Part shown: piece after piece, positions 1 through 11,335 of the stretch | Numbering within the stretch: the first letter of the stretch is position 1 | How the letters are laid out: every line of letters begins with the position of its first letter | Source: Peribolospora baueri | Lineage: Eukaryota | NCBI GenBank assembly: GCA_029717555.1 | Contig: JAMDHS010000050.1 | Location: 1 to 64,000 of the forward strand | Direction: 5' to 3' | DNA: 64,000 bases | Position numbers and translations under genes: made by a program | The notes under the pieces: generated by a model | Databases searched by the model: none | What the model was told of the DNA's origin: nothing | What the model saw: only the letters and a program-made list of their open reading frames with translations

Positions 1-29
1 TTTTTTTCAATCTGTCTACCCCCCGACAG

Positions 30-671
30 GCCCGGCTCCTTTCCAAGAGACTGCACACCTCCCTCTACCATGTCGTAACCCGCCTCTCCCGATCCCGGAG
101 CCTCCTCTCTGAGTACTCCTTCCTCTTCTCCCCCCCGTCCCTTGCATCCTCGGAAGCCAGCCCCTCACGCCCGTCCAAACGCAAACGTACGGCCACCATC
201 AAACTGGATGCTAACCTCCCACCCGCAACGCGAGCCATCGCGTCGGAGACAAGAGCCTTACTCTCCGCTTTGGACGCTTTGAGACATGAGAAGTCGCTCA
301 CGCTCCCTCTTTTGCCGACAAGCACGGCGGGCTCCGGCCCTACCTCCGCATCAGCGTCAGTAGGCGGCAGCGGTGCTAAGGCCGGGAAAGGGGGAACAGC
401 GAATCAGGGAGGAGGAGAAACTGCTGTGACGGCAACAGCTGGTGCGGAAGGACAAGACAAACCATGGGCACAGGGACGGGAAAGCTACATCAATTGGGAG
501 GTCGAGCGGCTTGTCGGCGCGCTCGGAGCTGATGCAGACCCGGATGGGGCGGGAGACGCGGGTGCGAATGAGGAAGGGGAGCGGAACGGAAGCGGAGAGA
601 GGAAAGAGGCGCTGGCAGAAGTGAAGAAGCGGACGGAGGACCTGAGGGTGAGTTTTGGAGGGATTAGTTAA
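30..671 (+). CDS. 3' exon of a hypothetical protein (gene starts upstream of the window)
   Basis: A pyrimidine tract and CAG acceptor end at ~29. An open frame follows (ARLLSKRLHTSLYHVVTRL...PWAQGRESYINWEVERLV...) and ends at the stop of ORF 270..671. No family recognised. Confidence 0.55.
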   Translation, partial: ARLLSKRLHTSLYHVVTRLSRSRSLLSEYSFLFSPPSLASSEASPSRPSKRKRTATIKLDANLPPATRAIASETRALLSALDALRHEKSLTLPLLPTSTAGSGPTSASASVGGSGAKAGKGGTANQGGGETAVTATAGAEGQDKPWAQGRESYINWEVERLVGALGADADPDGAGDAGANEEGERNGSGERKEALAEVKKRTEDLRVSFGGIS

Positions 672-1032
672 GAGGGGCTGAGACGTGTGAGTGTGATATC
701 GCGTTTGACTCACACCATTGGCTCCTCTCTTCTCTCCGTTCCACTCGCATATCTCAAAGCACCTGGCGTCCATGCTCAATCCGACGAGACCGGTATCATA
801 ACATCCTACCGATCCTTCCCAGCTCGCGCTCTTCTCAGCTTGCCCACTTGTAATTGTATTGTCTTTGTACTATGGTCCGCGAATGCGACGAACTCCTCGG
901 AGTACCTCTCTGTTCGCTCACTTCTTCGCTCGCTTTTCAGTACAACTTCCGAGGCGTCGGCGTGTCATTTCATAAGATACTAAGCGGGATTCTATGCTCG
1001 AGATTGATTGAACCCAAAGGTCATCATGCAAC

Positions 1033-2423
1033 TCAGTGTTTGCTCTTGTGGCCTATTGGCGAAGGGGGCGAAAAAAGTAAGGCCAGGACAACGACAGAAA
1101 AGGCAAAGGTCAGTCCACGAAGTATTCAAGAGATCGTCGGTCATAGCCTACTCGCACGTAATTGGGTTCGTTTAGAGCTCGGGGCAACTTCTCACTCACC
1201 GTCCACAAACATGTTGCGCGTAGCAGAGGGCAACGTGGCCACCATGCCGTCCATGTCCCGCGAGAGCTTGACTTGGCAGCCTAGTCGAGAACTGGTAGAT
1301 GTTTCAACAGGAAGTCAGCGGCATTGTACACTATATGAGCTGCCAATCACAGTCACTTGCTGGGCGCACTGAGCCTTGCCTATGCTAGCACACCTGGCCC
1401 GCTCTCTAAATCATCGAGGAACGGACAGATCCGACCAGGTGCGGATTCTATAAATCGCTAACTCACGTCTCAGTCAAGCCGAAGGCAAGATCAAGCATGT
1501 CGTTCTCGTCGTCCGACGGCTCCTCGAGCTGGTCGTAAACGTCCGGCTGCAAGATGACGTGGCATGTCGAGCAGGCTATCGAACCCTCGCAAGCGCCTGG
1601 GGAATATGGATGGAACGTAATGGTGCGCAGGTAGCGAGGGGTAGATGAGAAAAGCAGTCTCCATACAAGTGGAAGGAAGAAAAGAGGTAGGTAGGGCACG
1701 AAGCGACGAAGATCGAGTCCTTCCCTCAAGCCGAAACGAGCGACGAGACAGTCTAGCCCACCTTCCAACTCTACATCATACTCGTGCGCAATATCGAGGA
1801 TATTGTCGCCTTCGTTCGCCTCAACCGTCTTGATGTCGTTACCCTTAGAGTCTCGGAAGGTGATCTTGACCCTGTGAAAGTTTGGTTGAAGACACCGAAG
1901 ATGCAGTGGTCAAGGGTCGAGTAGATGGTGATTAGAAAAAGAAGCTGACTCGGCTTGAGCCCCAAAATAAAACCAGACGAGCACGGAGAGAAACGTGCGA
2001 CATGGCTCATGCTCATACAGTCGAGAAAGGAAGTCAAAAGCGCTCTCCTTCACATGGAATCTAATTAAAGAGCACTCACCCAGTCCCAGGCTCCGGCCTT
2101 TCAATTCCTCCATGCCTCGCAACAGCCGAGGCGCTGAACAGTCTTCCCCCATCCATTCGTACTACCTCATTCCTGCCAGCTCCTTCTCGAAGACCTCTTA
2201 CCAGGTTCCGTGGCTGAGAACAAATCAGTGACGACCTTGGACGGTGCGTTGGAAGGGAAGAGGATCGCGCTGAAGGAATCGAGCTTGCGAGCCGGCGAGA
2301 AAATATGAGAAGGAAGGAGGTTGGTTGATGATGGGCGCTCGCTGCTGGGGAGGTGCGAGACAACCCTGAAGACGAAGAAGAGGAGGCAGCCCTCGCCACG
2401 GCACTGAGGGGACGTCTGAGCAT
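1033..2423 (-). CDS. YAH1: Mitochondrial [2Fe-2S] ferredoxin (adrenodoxin-type), about 5 exons
   Basis: Arg/Ser-rich presequence (ORF 2076..2423), then [77 protein letters not shown] and a last micro-exon GHKSKH* (stop 1033-1035). Confidence 0.93.
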
Positions 2424-2753
2424 TGTGGCGTTTAGGCTGAGGACAAAGGAAACTGGAAATGACGATGACGATGAGAGTTATCCGATGTAGATCAACCTTG
2501 AGAAGACGGATGGAATAATTGAATGACTGCGGCATGGAGATCGGCCACTCCCACCATGGCTCCATCCCGTGAACAGGTGCTCGATTGACGATGTGCAGGA
2601 CGCATCACGACGTCCCCTTCGGACGGTGAATGGGAAAGATCCATAAAAGTACATCTGAATCAAGAAAACTGAATCAAGAAAACCAGCACGAGACAAGCCT
2701 CCGCTCCGTTCTGGTCCTCTTTTCGATACGCCAACAGGCACGTCTTTCCAAGA

Positions 2754-5204
2754 TCATCGATCCCGACCATCACTTGGATCCACCGGACGCCTCCGATAAT
2801 TCCCGCCTTCGCCGCGACTCTCGCCTCTCGCTCGATCCTCGTCGTCTCGATATCCCCCTCCGCCAACGCCGCCCCCATCATATCTATCTGCAGCCGCCCG
2901 ACCTCTGCGTGGAGGCGGAAGCCCCCGCATTCCCGGGCTTGGAGGTCGGGGAGGTAGGGTTGCCGGTAAAGGCGGTAATGACGGTGGTGGGACAGGGGGC
3001 GGCGGTGGGTTTTTATTGGGCATGCCACCCGCTCCTCCACCTCCTCCACCGCGACCGGATATGGACGCCAAGTATGGGTTCACGGCAGGCTGTGGAGGGA
3101 AGGAGCCGTTCATGTGCATCATGTTCGGTGGCGGCCGCCCTCCGCCTCCTCGACCACCCGGTGGAGGTGGAGGTAGTCCAGAGAGGGGCATCGGAGGAGA
3201 CTGGTAGGGGTTATGCTGGCGGTAGGGTGGAGGCATTGGTGGTCCGCCCGGTGGAGGGCCAGCACCAGGACGGGGAGGCCCGAAGGGGAAAGGATGCCCT
3301 ACGCCGCCGCCACCACCACCACCAGGCGGACCATGTCCAACAATAGGCATTGGCATCGGAGCCTGTGGAAGACCATTTGGCAGCATGGGCCGAGCGGGCA
3401 GATGGGATGGGCCGGGGGGATAGGCGCTCATCGGACCTGGTGGGACTGCGGGAAGATGAGCCATCGGCGCCGGTCCATAGGCTCCTGGCACGGGAGCGGG
3501 AGGCGGCAGACGTGCTCTTGAATCTGCTTTCGGGCGATCCAGCTCTTTCGATGGCTCGTATATCGGCAGACTACCGTGAGAACAACAGAAGATAAAAGCA
3601 AGGGAAAAATCAGATGAGGGAGTGGTAGCAGGTGAATGAGAAAAAATAGTAGCACTTACGTCGTCGGGTCTGCTGGTAAGGGGTCCTCCCAAAGCCACTC
3701 GTGGTCAAGCGCTTCGCGAGCAGTGATTCGCTTGTCCGGATTGAGGGTGAGAAGCTTATCTATCAAATCGCATGCCTGTGTCCCTCGTCTGAACAAGCAG
3801 TGTTGTTCACCAGATCAGTCCCAGTGGCTTGACATTGACGCCATAAGCCATATGACGCAAGAGAGACGCACCCGTCAAATTTCTCCCTAATCCGCCGAGG
3901 CCTTGGGACAAAATAGGGGATGCCCTGCTGTGAGTTAATGCCGGGAAGGGTAAAAAATTTAGGCCAATCCTTGACGTCCGGCGTGCCACAAAGATCCCAG
4001 ATCAGCTCAAGTTGCCGAGTATCCGATTCGCCTTGGAGGATGGGCTGTCGCTCAAACATCTCTCCCAGTATGCACCTAGGAGTGTAAGGGGCGGCAAGAG
4101 AGCTGAGTTGAGCTAGTTATTTGCACGCATGGACGCATAGATCCAGTGGCGTTTCCTCACCCAATTCCCCACATGTCGATCGCAGGTCCGTAATCTCTCT
4201 GGCTCATGAGCACCTCCGGCGGCCGATACCATCGAGTGACAACCATCGCTGTGTACTGCCGGCTCGGCCCCGCCCAGCCATCCGAAGTGGACTGAGAAGA
4301 GCTGTACGCCGCCATATTTTCTGGATCATGGAAGCTTCGGGCAAGACCAAAATCCGCGATCTTGAGGGTGCCGTCGTTGGAAATCAGCAGATTGGCAGCT
4401 TTCATGTCGCGATGGAGGATTCGGTGCTGACAACGGCCATCCGTACCGCAATGTCACGGTAAGCAGACAGGAGACAAGACGTTGCTTCCACTCCGTTTTG
4501 ATGCACTCACAGAGTGAAGGTAGAAAGTTCCCTCCAGTAGCTGCTTCATGTACAACTTAATCTGGCTGACGGTGAAGCTCGCGGCCGGGTTCCTCAACAG
4601 TCCGGCCAAGTCGTGGTCCATGTATGGAAAGACCATGAAGATGCTCCCTCGAGTACGGATGGAGGGATTGCCTGGGCGGAAGGCCATGTCATAAATGGGG
4701 ACAATGGAAGGGTGTCGAAGGGCCTTGACGAAGCGAATCTCGCGCAGAGAAGTGAGGGGGAACTGGCGGTGCGATATTGGGTTGCCGACGTGGATAATCA
4801 AATAAGCAGCAAGCTTATGAAGAGGAGAGAAAACAGTGATCTCACCCCGTCTTTCTCGTTGTGCATGATGAACTCCTTTAATGCTACATGATCTCCAGTC
4901 GCCTTATGCTTGCCTTTGTAGACCTTGCTGCTCGTCCAGTAGACAGAACCGACATCAGCTTGGCATGCTCAAAAGCGCAAGCAAAAATGACACCATTGAG
5001 CTGATACATTGTCACTCACCCAAATGTACCGCTCCCTAGCATCTGGTTGAGCTCATACTCATCAATGCTAGAACAACCAACAAACTTCTTGTCCCTCAAA
5101 CGCACCCGCTCCGCCCGCACCGCACTTCGCTTCCTTTTCCGCCCCAGCACGGAATCTTTCACCGTTCCGTTTCCCTCCTTCACGGCACCGTTCACGGCAA
5201 CCAT
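2754..5204 (-). CDS. BUR1: CDK9/Bur1 (Sgv1) family Ser/Thr kinase with a Pro/Gly-rich C-terminal tail
   Basis: [22 protein letters not shown] (PITALRE-like), [42 protein letters not shown] and DMWGIG motifs across spliced exons. The start ATG at 5204 is inferred. Confidence 0.9.
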
Positions 5205-5504
5205 TAGGCTGAGGGGAGGAGAAGGAGTGCCGGGGAAGAGAACGTCGGCGACGATGGCAAAATTGGAAGGAGATGGTGGTTGTCGGAACGGTACCAAGGC
5301 CCACCGAGAGCAATTGTGTGGCAGGTTCCTTCACGTGACCGCTGCGGCCAACGGCCTCCGCGAAGCTCGTCGCGGACCACCTAACGATTGTTTCTTTCCA
5401 TCGGGTGCCAGTGCGGCTCACGTTGGAGAGCTGAGGAAGCCGTCGTAGTGCAAAAACTCGCAAGCGGACCACCAGGCAGCTCAGCGGCCTTACCTGATTC
5501 GGCC

Positions 5505-8500
5505 ATGACGAATGCGGTTCATCACCAGATCTTACCTCCGCCCGGAGTCGACTTTGCGGTCGCTCTCACCCTGACTCCTTCCTGCCTCCCTACGTCCCCA
5601 CGCCATATCCGATATGCGCACACATCGCAAGACGACGCTGCTTCGCCTGCGAGTCGAGCACGGAGACGGATACGTACGGTGGCAAATGTGGTCGCTGCGG
5701 GGGCGACCATGCTGAGGGTTTTCGAGGTGCGAGAGTCTTGCGAAGATGCGGACTCTCCTGCGAAATTACACCTCATACGAGAACACCGCTTGCACGGCAT
5801 TGTCACCGGGCTAGAGCGCGTACAGACGGTGGCAACGGCAGAGGATGGCTTGGACAGGCTCGTGATTGGATTTCGCGATGCGAAGGTGAGTGAGATGTAT
5901 GCGCCCGAGGCGGCTATAGAAGGGCTGTTCAATCTCGTCCGGTTGGAATATTTCTTGCTTACGCATCTCTTCGTCCCCTCTAGATTGCTCTTCTTGAATG
6001 GGATCCAGCGACTGACAACTTGTCCGCCGTCTCAATCCACACTTACGAGCGTGCACCTCAATTGGTGGGTTCCAATGAGATTCGCCAAAGCGCTGAAGGC
6101 TGGAGGCGCTTATATGACTTGTCTCTACCTTAACCAGGCGTTCGGTCTTCCATCCTCCTTCCGCCCTCAACTTGCCGTTGACCCGTCTTCCCGATGCGCC
6201 TCGCTACTGCTGCCGTTTGATTCCCTCGCCCTACTGCCTTTTTATCAAGGAGACCCTTTCGACATGCTGGACGAGGACGTGGGCATGGACGCCGAGGAAT
6301 TGGAGATGGCCCGGACCATGCCTTACACACCGAGTTTTGTTCTGGAGCTCAGGGGCGTCACGGAAGCGATCAAGAATGTGAAAATGGTGGCGTGGTTGGA
6401 AGGGTTTTTGAGGCCCACTATTGCTGTTTTGAGCGAACCGCAAGGGACTTGGACAGGGTAGGTAACCTCTCCCACTTTCAGCACTGCGGATGTAGCATCT
6501 AACGCCTTTTATCCTAACTTATCTTTCAAAAGCCGACTGTCACAGAAGCGAGATACGCACGCCTTGCACATCATCACCCTCGACCTGACCCTTACAACGC
6601 CCCACGCGCTTATCTCGGCCATCGATCAGTTACCGTACGACATCCTCACTATTGTTCCTTGCCCAGCTACGCCCGGTGGCCTGCTTCTGATGACACCCTC
6701 AGCTATTTTCCACGCGGACCAAAGTGGAAAATTGATTGGGGTTTTCGTCAATGACTGGGCCCAGGCTACGACGGGACGGCCGCTCATGGCGCCGTTTGGT
6801 ACTCCACTGCAACAAAAGGGGATACACTCGGCAAGCGGTAAAGACGCTGGTGCCAGAGGTTGGGACTTAGACCTCGAGAATGCCAAGCTCGCATTTGTGG
6901 CAAATTCTACCGCCATGCTGTTCCTCGCAGATGGAGACGTTTTCCGAGTCCGGCTCCTTCTCGATGGCAGGTCTGTCTCCGGCTTTGCCATTGAACGTCT
7001 CGAAGGCGAGCGCATACCTCGTGTGCTGGCCAGCACAGCTTGTTCAGTGCGTCCGGTGCCCAAGGTGGACGGCCATCAGTACGTATTTGCGGGAAGCCGC
7101 GTCGGTGATTCTTCGCTGGCGCGAGTGCAAGCAGGGAAAGTGGTCGCGGACCCTGCCATGGCCACCCTTGCCGCTCACCCTGCCGAAAAGGACGAGATGG
7201 ACCTCGACTTCGAAGATTTGTACGGCGACTCCGGCGAGCAAGTCTCTTCTGCCACGCTCTCTGCCGCCGCTGCAGGTGACAGTGCCGGCACATTGACTTT
7301 GCAATACTGCGACACGTTGCCGTCATCTGGTTCTATTTTGGATATGGTCCCTGGACTCCCTATTCATGAAGGCGATTCCCAGACGCCACAAATTGTTGCG
7401 GCAACCGGCGTCGGCTTGGAGGGTGGCGTCACTGTGTTCGAGGTGGGTCACCCGCGGCCTGTCCTTGACTCTTACCTTACCGTCACGCTGCTAACCTCAT
7501 TTTTTATCCGGGGTGGTTAAACAGCAAAAGATCGTGCCCCGAAAACGCCGGAAATTTGACGTTGGAGCCGCGTCTGATGTGTGGTCGATGAGCTTACTAG
7601 CGCAAAACAATGAAGGCCGGATGGACAGTGTGTTGCTTACCAGTGACGATGAGGGCTCAAAGGTAGGTGATTCGAGACCGGTCCCTTGTGTGTTTGAAAA
7701 TGCTTGAGCCGACGCCCTCGTTTTCTACCAGCTTCACCACATCGATGCCAATGGCCAACTCGTGTTCCATGGGTCTCTCCCCGGCCCGACTGTGGCTGCC
7801 GGGCCGATGTTCTCCTCTCGTCTATTCGCTCGTGTGACACCGAATGGTATCGAGCTGATGAGCTCGGACGGCTCGCACCGAAGACCACAATCAGACCTTG
7901 CGGAGAGTATAGCCGATGGAGGACTACGCGTCCGCTCTGCCAGTATAGCAGATCCATTTGTTGCAGTGCTGTTCGAGGATGGCAATATATGCGTCTTCAA
8001 ACCCGGTCACGACGTCGACGTTCAGGAGGGCGAACTGGAGGAGATGGATTTACCCGAGGATATGGAGGTGAGGGGTTACACTTCCGTGCTCAATTCGGCG
8101 CCGTGTTGTCCTGAATAATGATCCTTCTTGTGTCTTGACAGGGCGCACGCTTCTCCAGCATTCACATCTTCTCGGATCCCAACGCTTTGCTCGCTCAACT
8201 GAGCAGCTCAGCCGCAAAAGATCTTAACGTTGTTGAATCACAGGTCAGGCCGCGGCACTGGCTTTGCCTTGTCCGGGATGACGGCCGATTCGAGGTGAGC
8301 GTGTTAAAGATGCTATTGTGACTACTACCCGGACTGTGCGGGTTACTGATCAAGTCTTTTCGTCCCGTTCTAGATTCGTGACCTGTCGAACTTCAAGCAA
8401 GTGTTCATTAATCCGTCTTTAGGCGCCACGCCAATGCTTCTCCCCAACGTTGGGGGTGCCGACTCGTCATCAGATGCAAAGGAGGCTGTTCTGGAGGTCC

Positions 8501-10764
8501 AAGACATGGTCTTAACATCAATAGGAGATTGTGATCCAATCCCTCATCTGGTAGTAAGTGCAACTGCCGAGATCTCATGTCTGTCCTCCATGAGCTTACC
8601 CGAGGATTTTCGGCTATAGGTGCTTTGCTCGAATGGTCAGATAGTTGCGTACGAAGCCATATCGGCGCCATCCGATCTTCCTTCCGGCAGTGACCAACTG
8701 AAGGTCGCCTTTGTCAAAGTCTTCGGATACCACCTGGAACGTCCCGATCCTGAACAGTACTCAGCGCCAAATGGGGAACCTAGTGAAGGAAGCCATCTTT
8801 CATTCCCTAGCCAACTTTTCACTTTCCACGACATTGCAGGCCATGACGGTGTCTACGTGACTGGCGAGGACGCCGCCTGGTTGATGCGGTCCAGGCTTGG
8901 CGCTCTTCAAATTTTCAAAGATTGGAGGACAAGAGTAAAATCGTTTGCCCCATCGACGTTATCTGACTTAGACGCACAGTTTGTGTCCATCGATGCCCAG
9001 GTGAGCGAAGCTATCGGTGCTTTGAAGTTCAACAGATGGCACTGATAAAACCCATGTATGTCTTTCTGTCTCTATGAGGGATGTAATACCTCTGTCTTCC
9101 CACCGGAGCTCCACCTTCATCAGACGGTTCCATACCACAAGACGCGGTTAGGTCGCACGTACACAGCAGTAGCGGTGCACCCTAAGACTCGTTTAATGGC
9201 GGCGGTTTCGGTGTTTGACGCCCCTTTCGTCTTGTTTGATGAGGAAGGACTCCCCGTCCGCGATCCTAGTAGTGAGTATAGCTTTTCGTTCACGACCATG
9301 GTAGACGCTTGGATCTTCAGATGCCGGGGACAAATGTCCTCTCGTATCCAAGTCTGGCATGACGTCTGACGCAGGGTTGGTGCATTTGTAGTTGAGCCAG
9401 TGCTTCCCAAGAATTCTCGCTCGGCGCTTGAGCTGCTCCATCCCGTCACATTGGAGACCTTGGATGGGTACGAGTTCGCATACAACGAGCAAGTCATGTC
9501 CCTTAAGCTCGTCGAGCTGGAGACGAAGAGCACGCCCACCGGCAGGAAAGAATTCTTGGTGGTTGGCACGACAATCGCAAACGGCGAGGATCGACCGGCG
9601 CGTGGGGCAGTCTACATTTTCGATATAGCCGAAACGGTCGGGATGCCTGACGAACCGCAAGAATGGAGGTACAAGCTGAAGCTCCTTTGTCGGGATGCAG
9701 CCAAAGGTCCTGTGACGGCTTTAGGTGACATCAACGGATATCTGGTGTCTTCTGTGGGTCAAAAGGTATGAGTCCGTCGTTGCATTGGGTGGACCGTTAG
9801 TAAACAGCGTTGGCTGATTGTTTGAGGGCTTGGCCATATGCAGATCTTCATACGGGGTTTCGAACAGGACGAGTGGCTTGTCGGAGTAGCATTCATGGAT
9901 GTGCAGATCTTCGTCACGTCTATTCGTCGACTCAAGAACTTCTTGCTCCTTGCGGATGCCAAGAAAAGCATCCTATTTGTGGGCTTTCAGGTGAGACGAT
10001 ACATGCTCAGGAGAGTTTGCCTTTTTGCCGACAGGTCTAAGCCCTTCTTGCGTCGTACATTTGTTTTCTCTCCTTCTCAGGAGGATCCGTTTAAATGCGT
10101 CGTGTTGGGGAAAGACTACGTGGACATCGCCACAAACACGGCGGATTTCCTCATCAATGGCTCTTCCGTCGCGTTTGTCACTACGGACACGGATCATGTC
10201 ATTCGGATTCTCGAGTACAACCCCTTCAACCCAACGTCTCAAGGCGGACACAAGCTCCTTCTGCGGACCGAGTTTCAAGGCGGTGGAGAGGTTGTCGTCT
10301 CAATGACCACGAGCGGAAGGACGGAGGCCGATGATCCGACGACCAGTCTGAAGAGTCAAGTGCTCCTCGGACTGAGCAATGGCTCCATCGAGGCTGTCGT
10401 ACCTCTGTCGGACGATTCTTATCGAAAGCTGCAGCTGATCCAGGGCCAGCTAGTGAGAAACGTACAGCACACCGCCGGTCTCAACCCCCGCGCTTTCCGG
10501 TGAGTCGACAACTCGTAAAATGGAGCGTCAATTTGACGGCTTTAAGCTGATGGCTTTTTTTCTTGGTTTCGCGCTGGGTGTCCATTGTGCAGCGCTGTCT
10601 ATAATCCTTTCGTCTCGCGACCTCTCACGAAGGGCCTGCTCGATGGGACCCTGCTCTCATCGTTCGAGCTCTTGCCGTACCCACGCAGCACAGAGATCGT
10701 TCGTCAAGTCGGCTTGACGAGTAGCATACTTGCGTTGTTCCGTCAGGATTTTCGTCCCCAATGA
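5505..10764 (+). CDS. CFT1: Cleavage and polyadenylation specificity factor subunit 1 (CPSF160/Cft1), multi-exon
   Basis: RLHGIVTGL..DRLVIGFRDAK, SIHTYE, VDPSSRCASLLLP, KEFLVVGTTIANGEDRPARGAVYIFDI, KGPVTAL, KNFLLLADAKKSI.F.GFQEDP and LVRNVQHTAGLNPRAFR. Stop at 10762-10764. Confidence 0.93.
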
Positions 10765-11335
10765 ACGGCTTTGTTTGTCTACGATTGTCTTTCCCATGGT
10801 GAAATTGAGCAGCATCGCTTAACAGCGTCCAAGTTTCAAGACAGGTGCGGAGCTTCGAGGAACCGTCCAGCCTTCGGAGAATTTGCGCAGGAGAAGGTTC
10901 TAGTTTGTTGGGATTGTGATGACCTGCAAGCCTGGGGGTTTTCGTCGAAAGCTTTGTGAGACGCGTCTGAGAGGAGTTCTACAACTGACCAGCTCGGTGT
11001 GCTGCCACATAGACGGGTGCATGAGCGCTGGATTCGTGCGATGCTGTTGCCTTCGGGTCATGTGGAGCCGGCCGCTCGACTTCCGCGAGGGCGTGCTCAC
11101 GCGACACCCTTATGAACGAAGGTCGACGGCCGGCTTCGTGTTTCTTCCTCCTTCGTCTCCAGTCTCCATTTCGCTCGGCTTCTCGCTTCCTCTCTTCCAG
11201 ACTCTACCTGACTTCGTACTTTTCTGACCTCACGCTCTTTGCGCTACCATCTCCACAGCAGTCTCTTTGCTTCACCACCTTACACCTTTTTTCAGCTGAA
11301 GCCCAACATCTTGTTGCGTTGACATTCGTTTAAAG

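Noticed and set aside
2630..3595. Plus-strand ORFs opposite BUR1
   Set aside because: Antisense shadows of the Pro/Gly-rich BUR1 tail.
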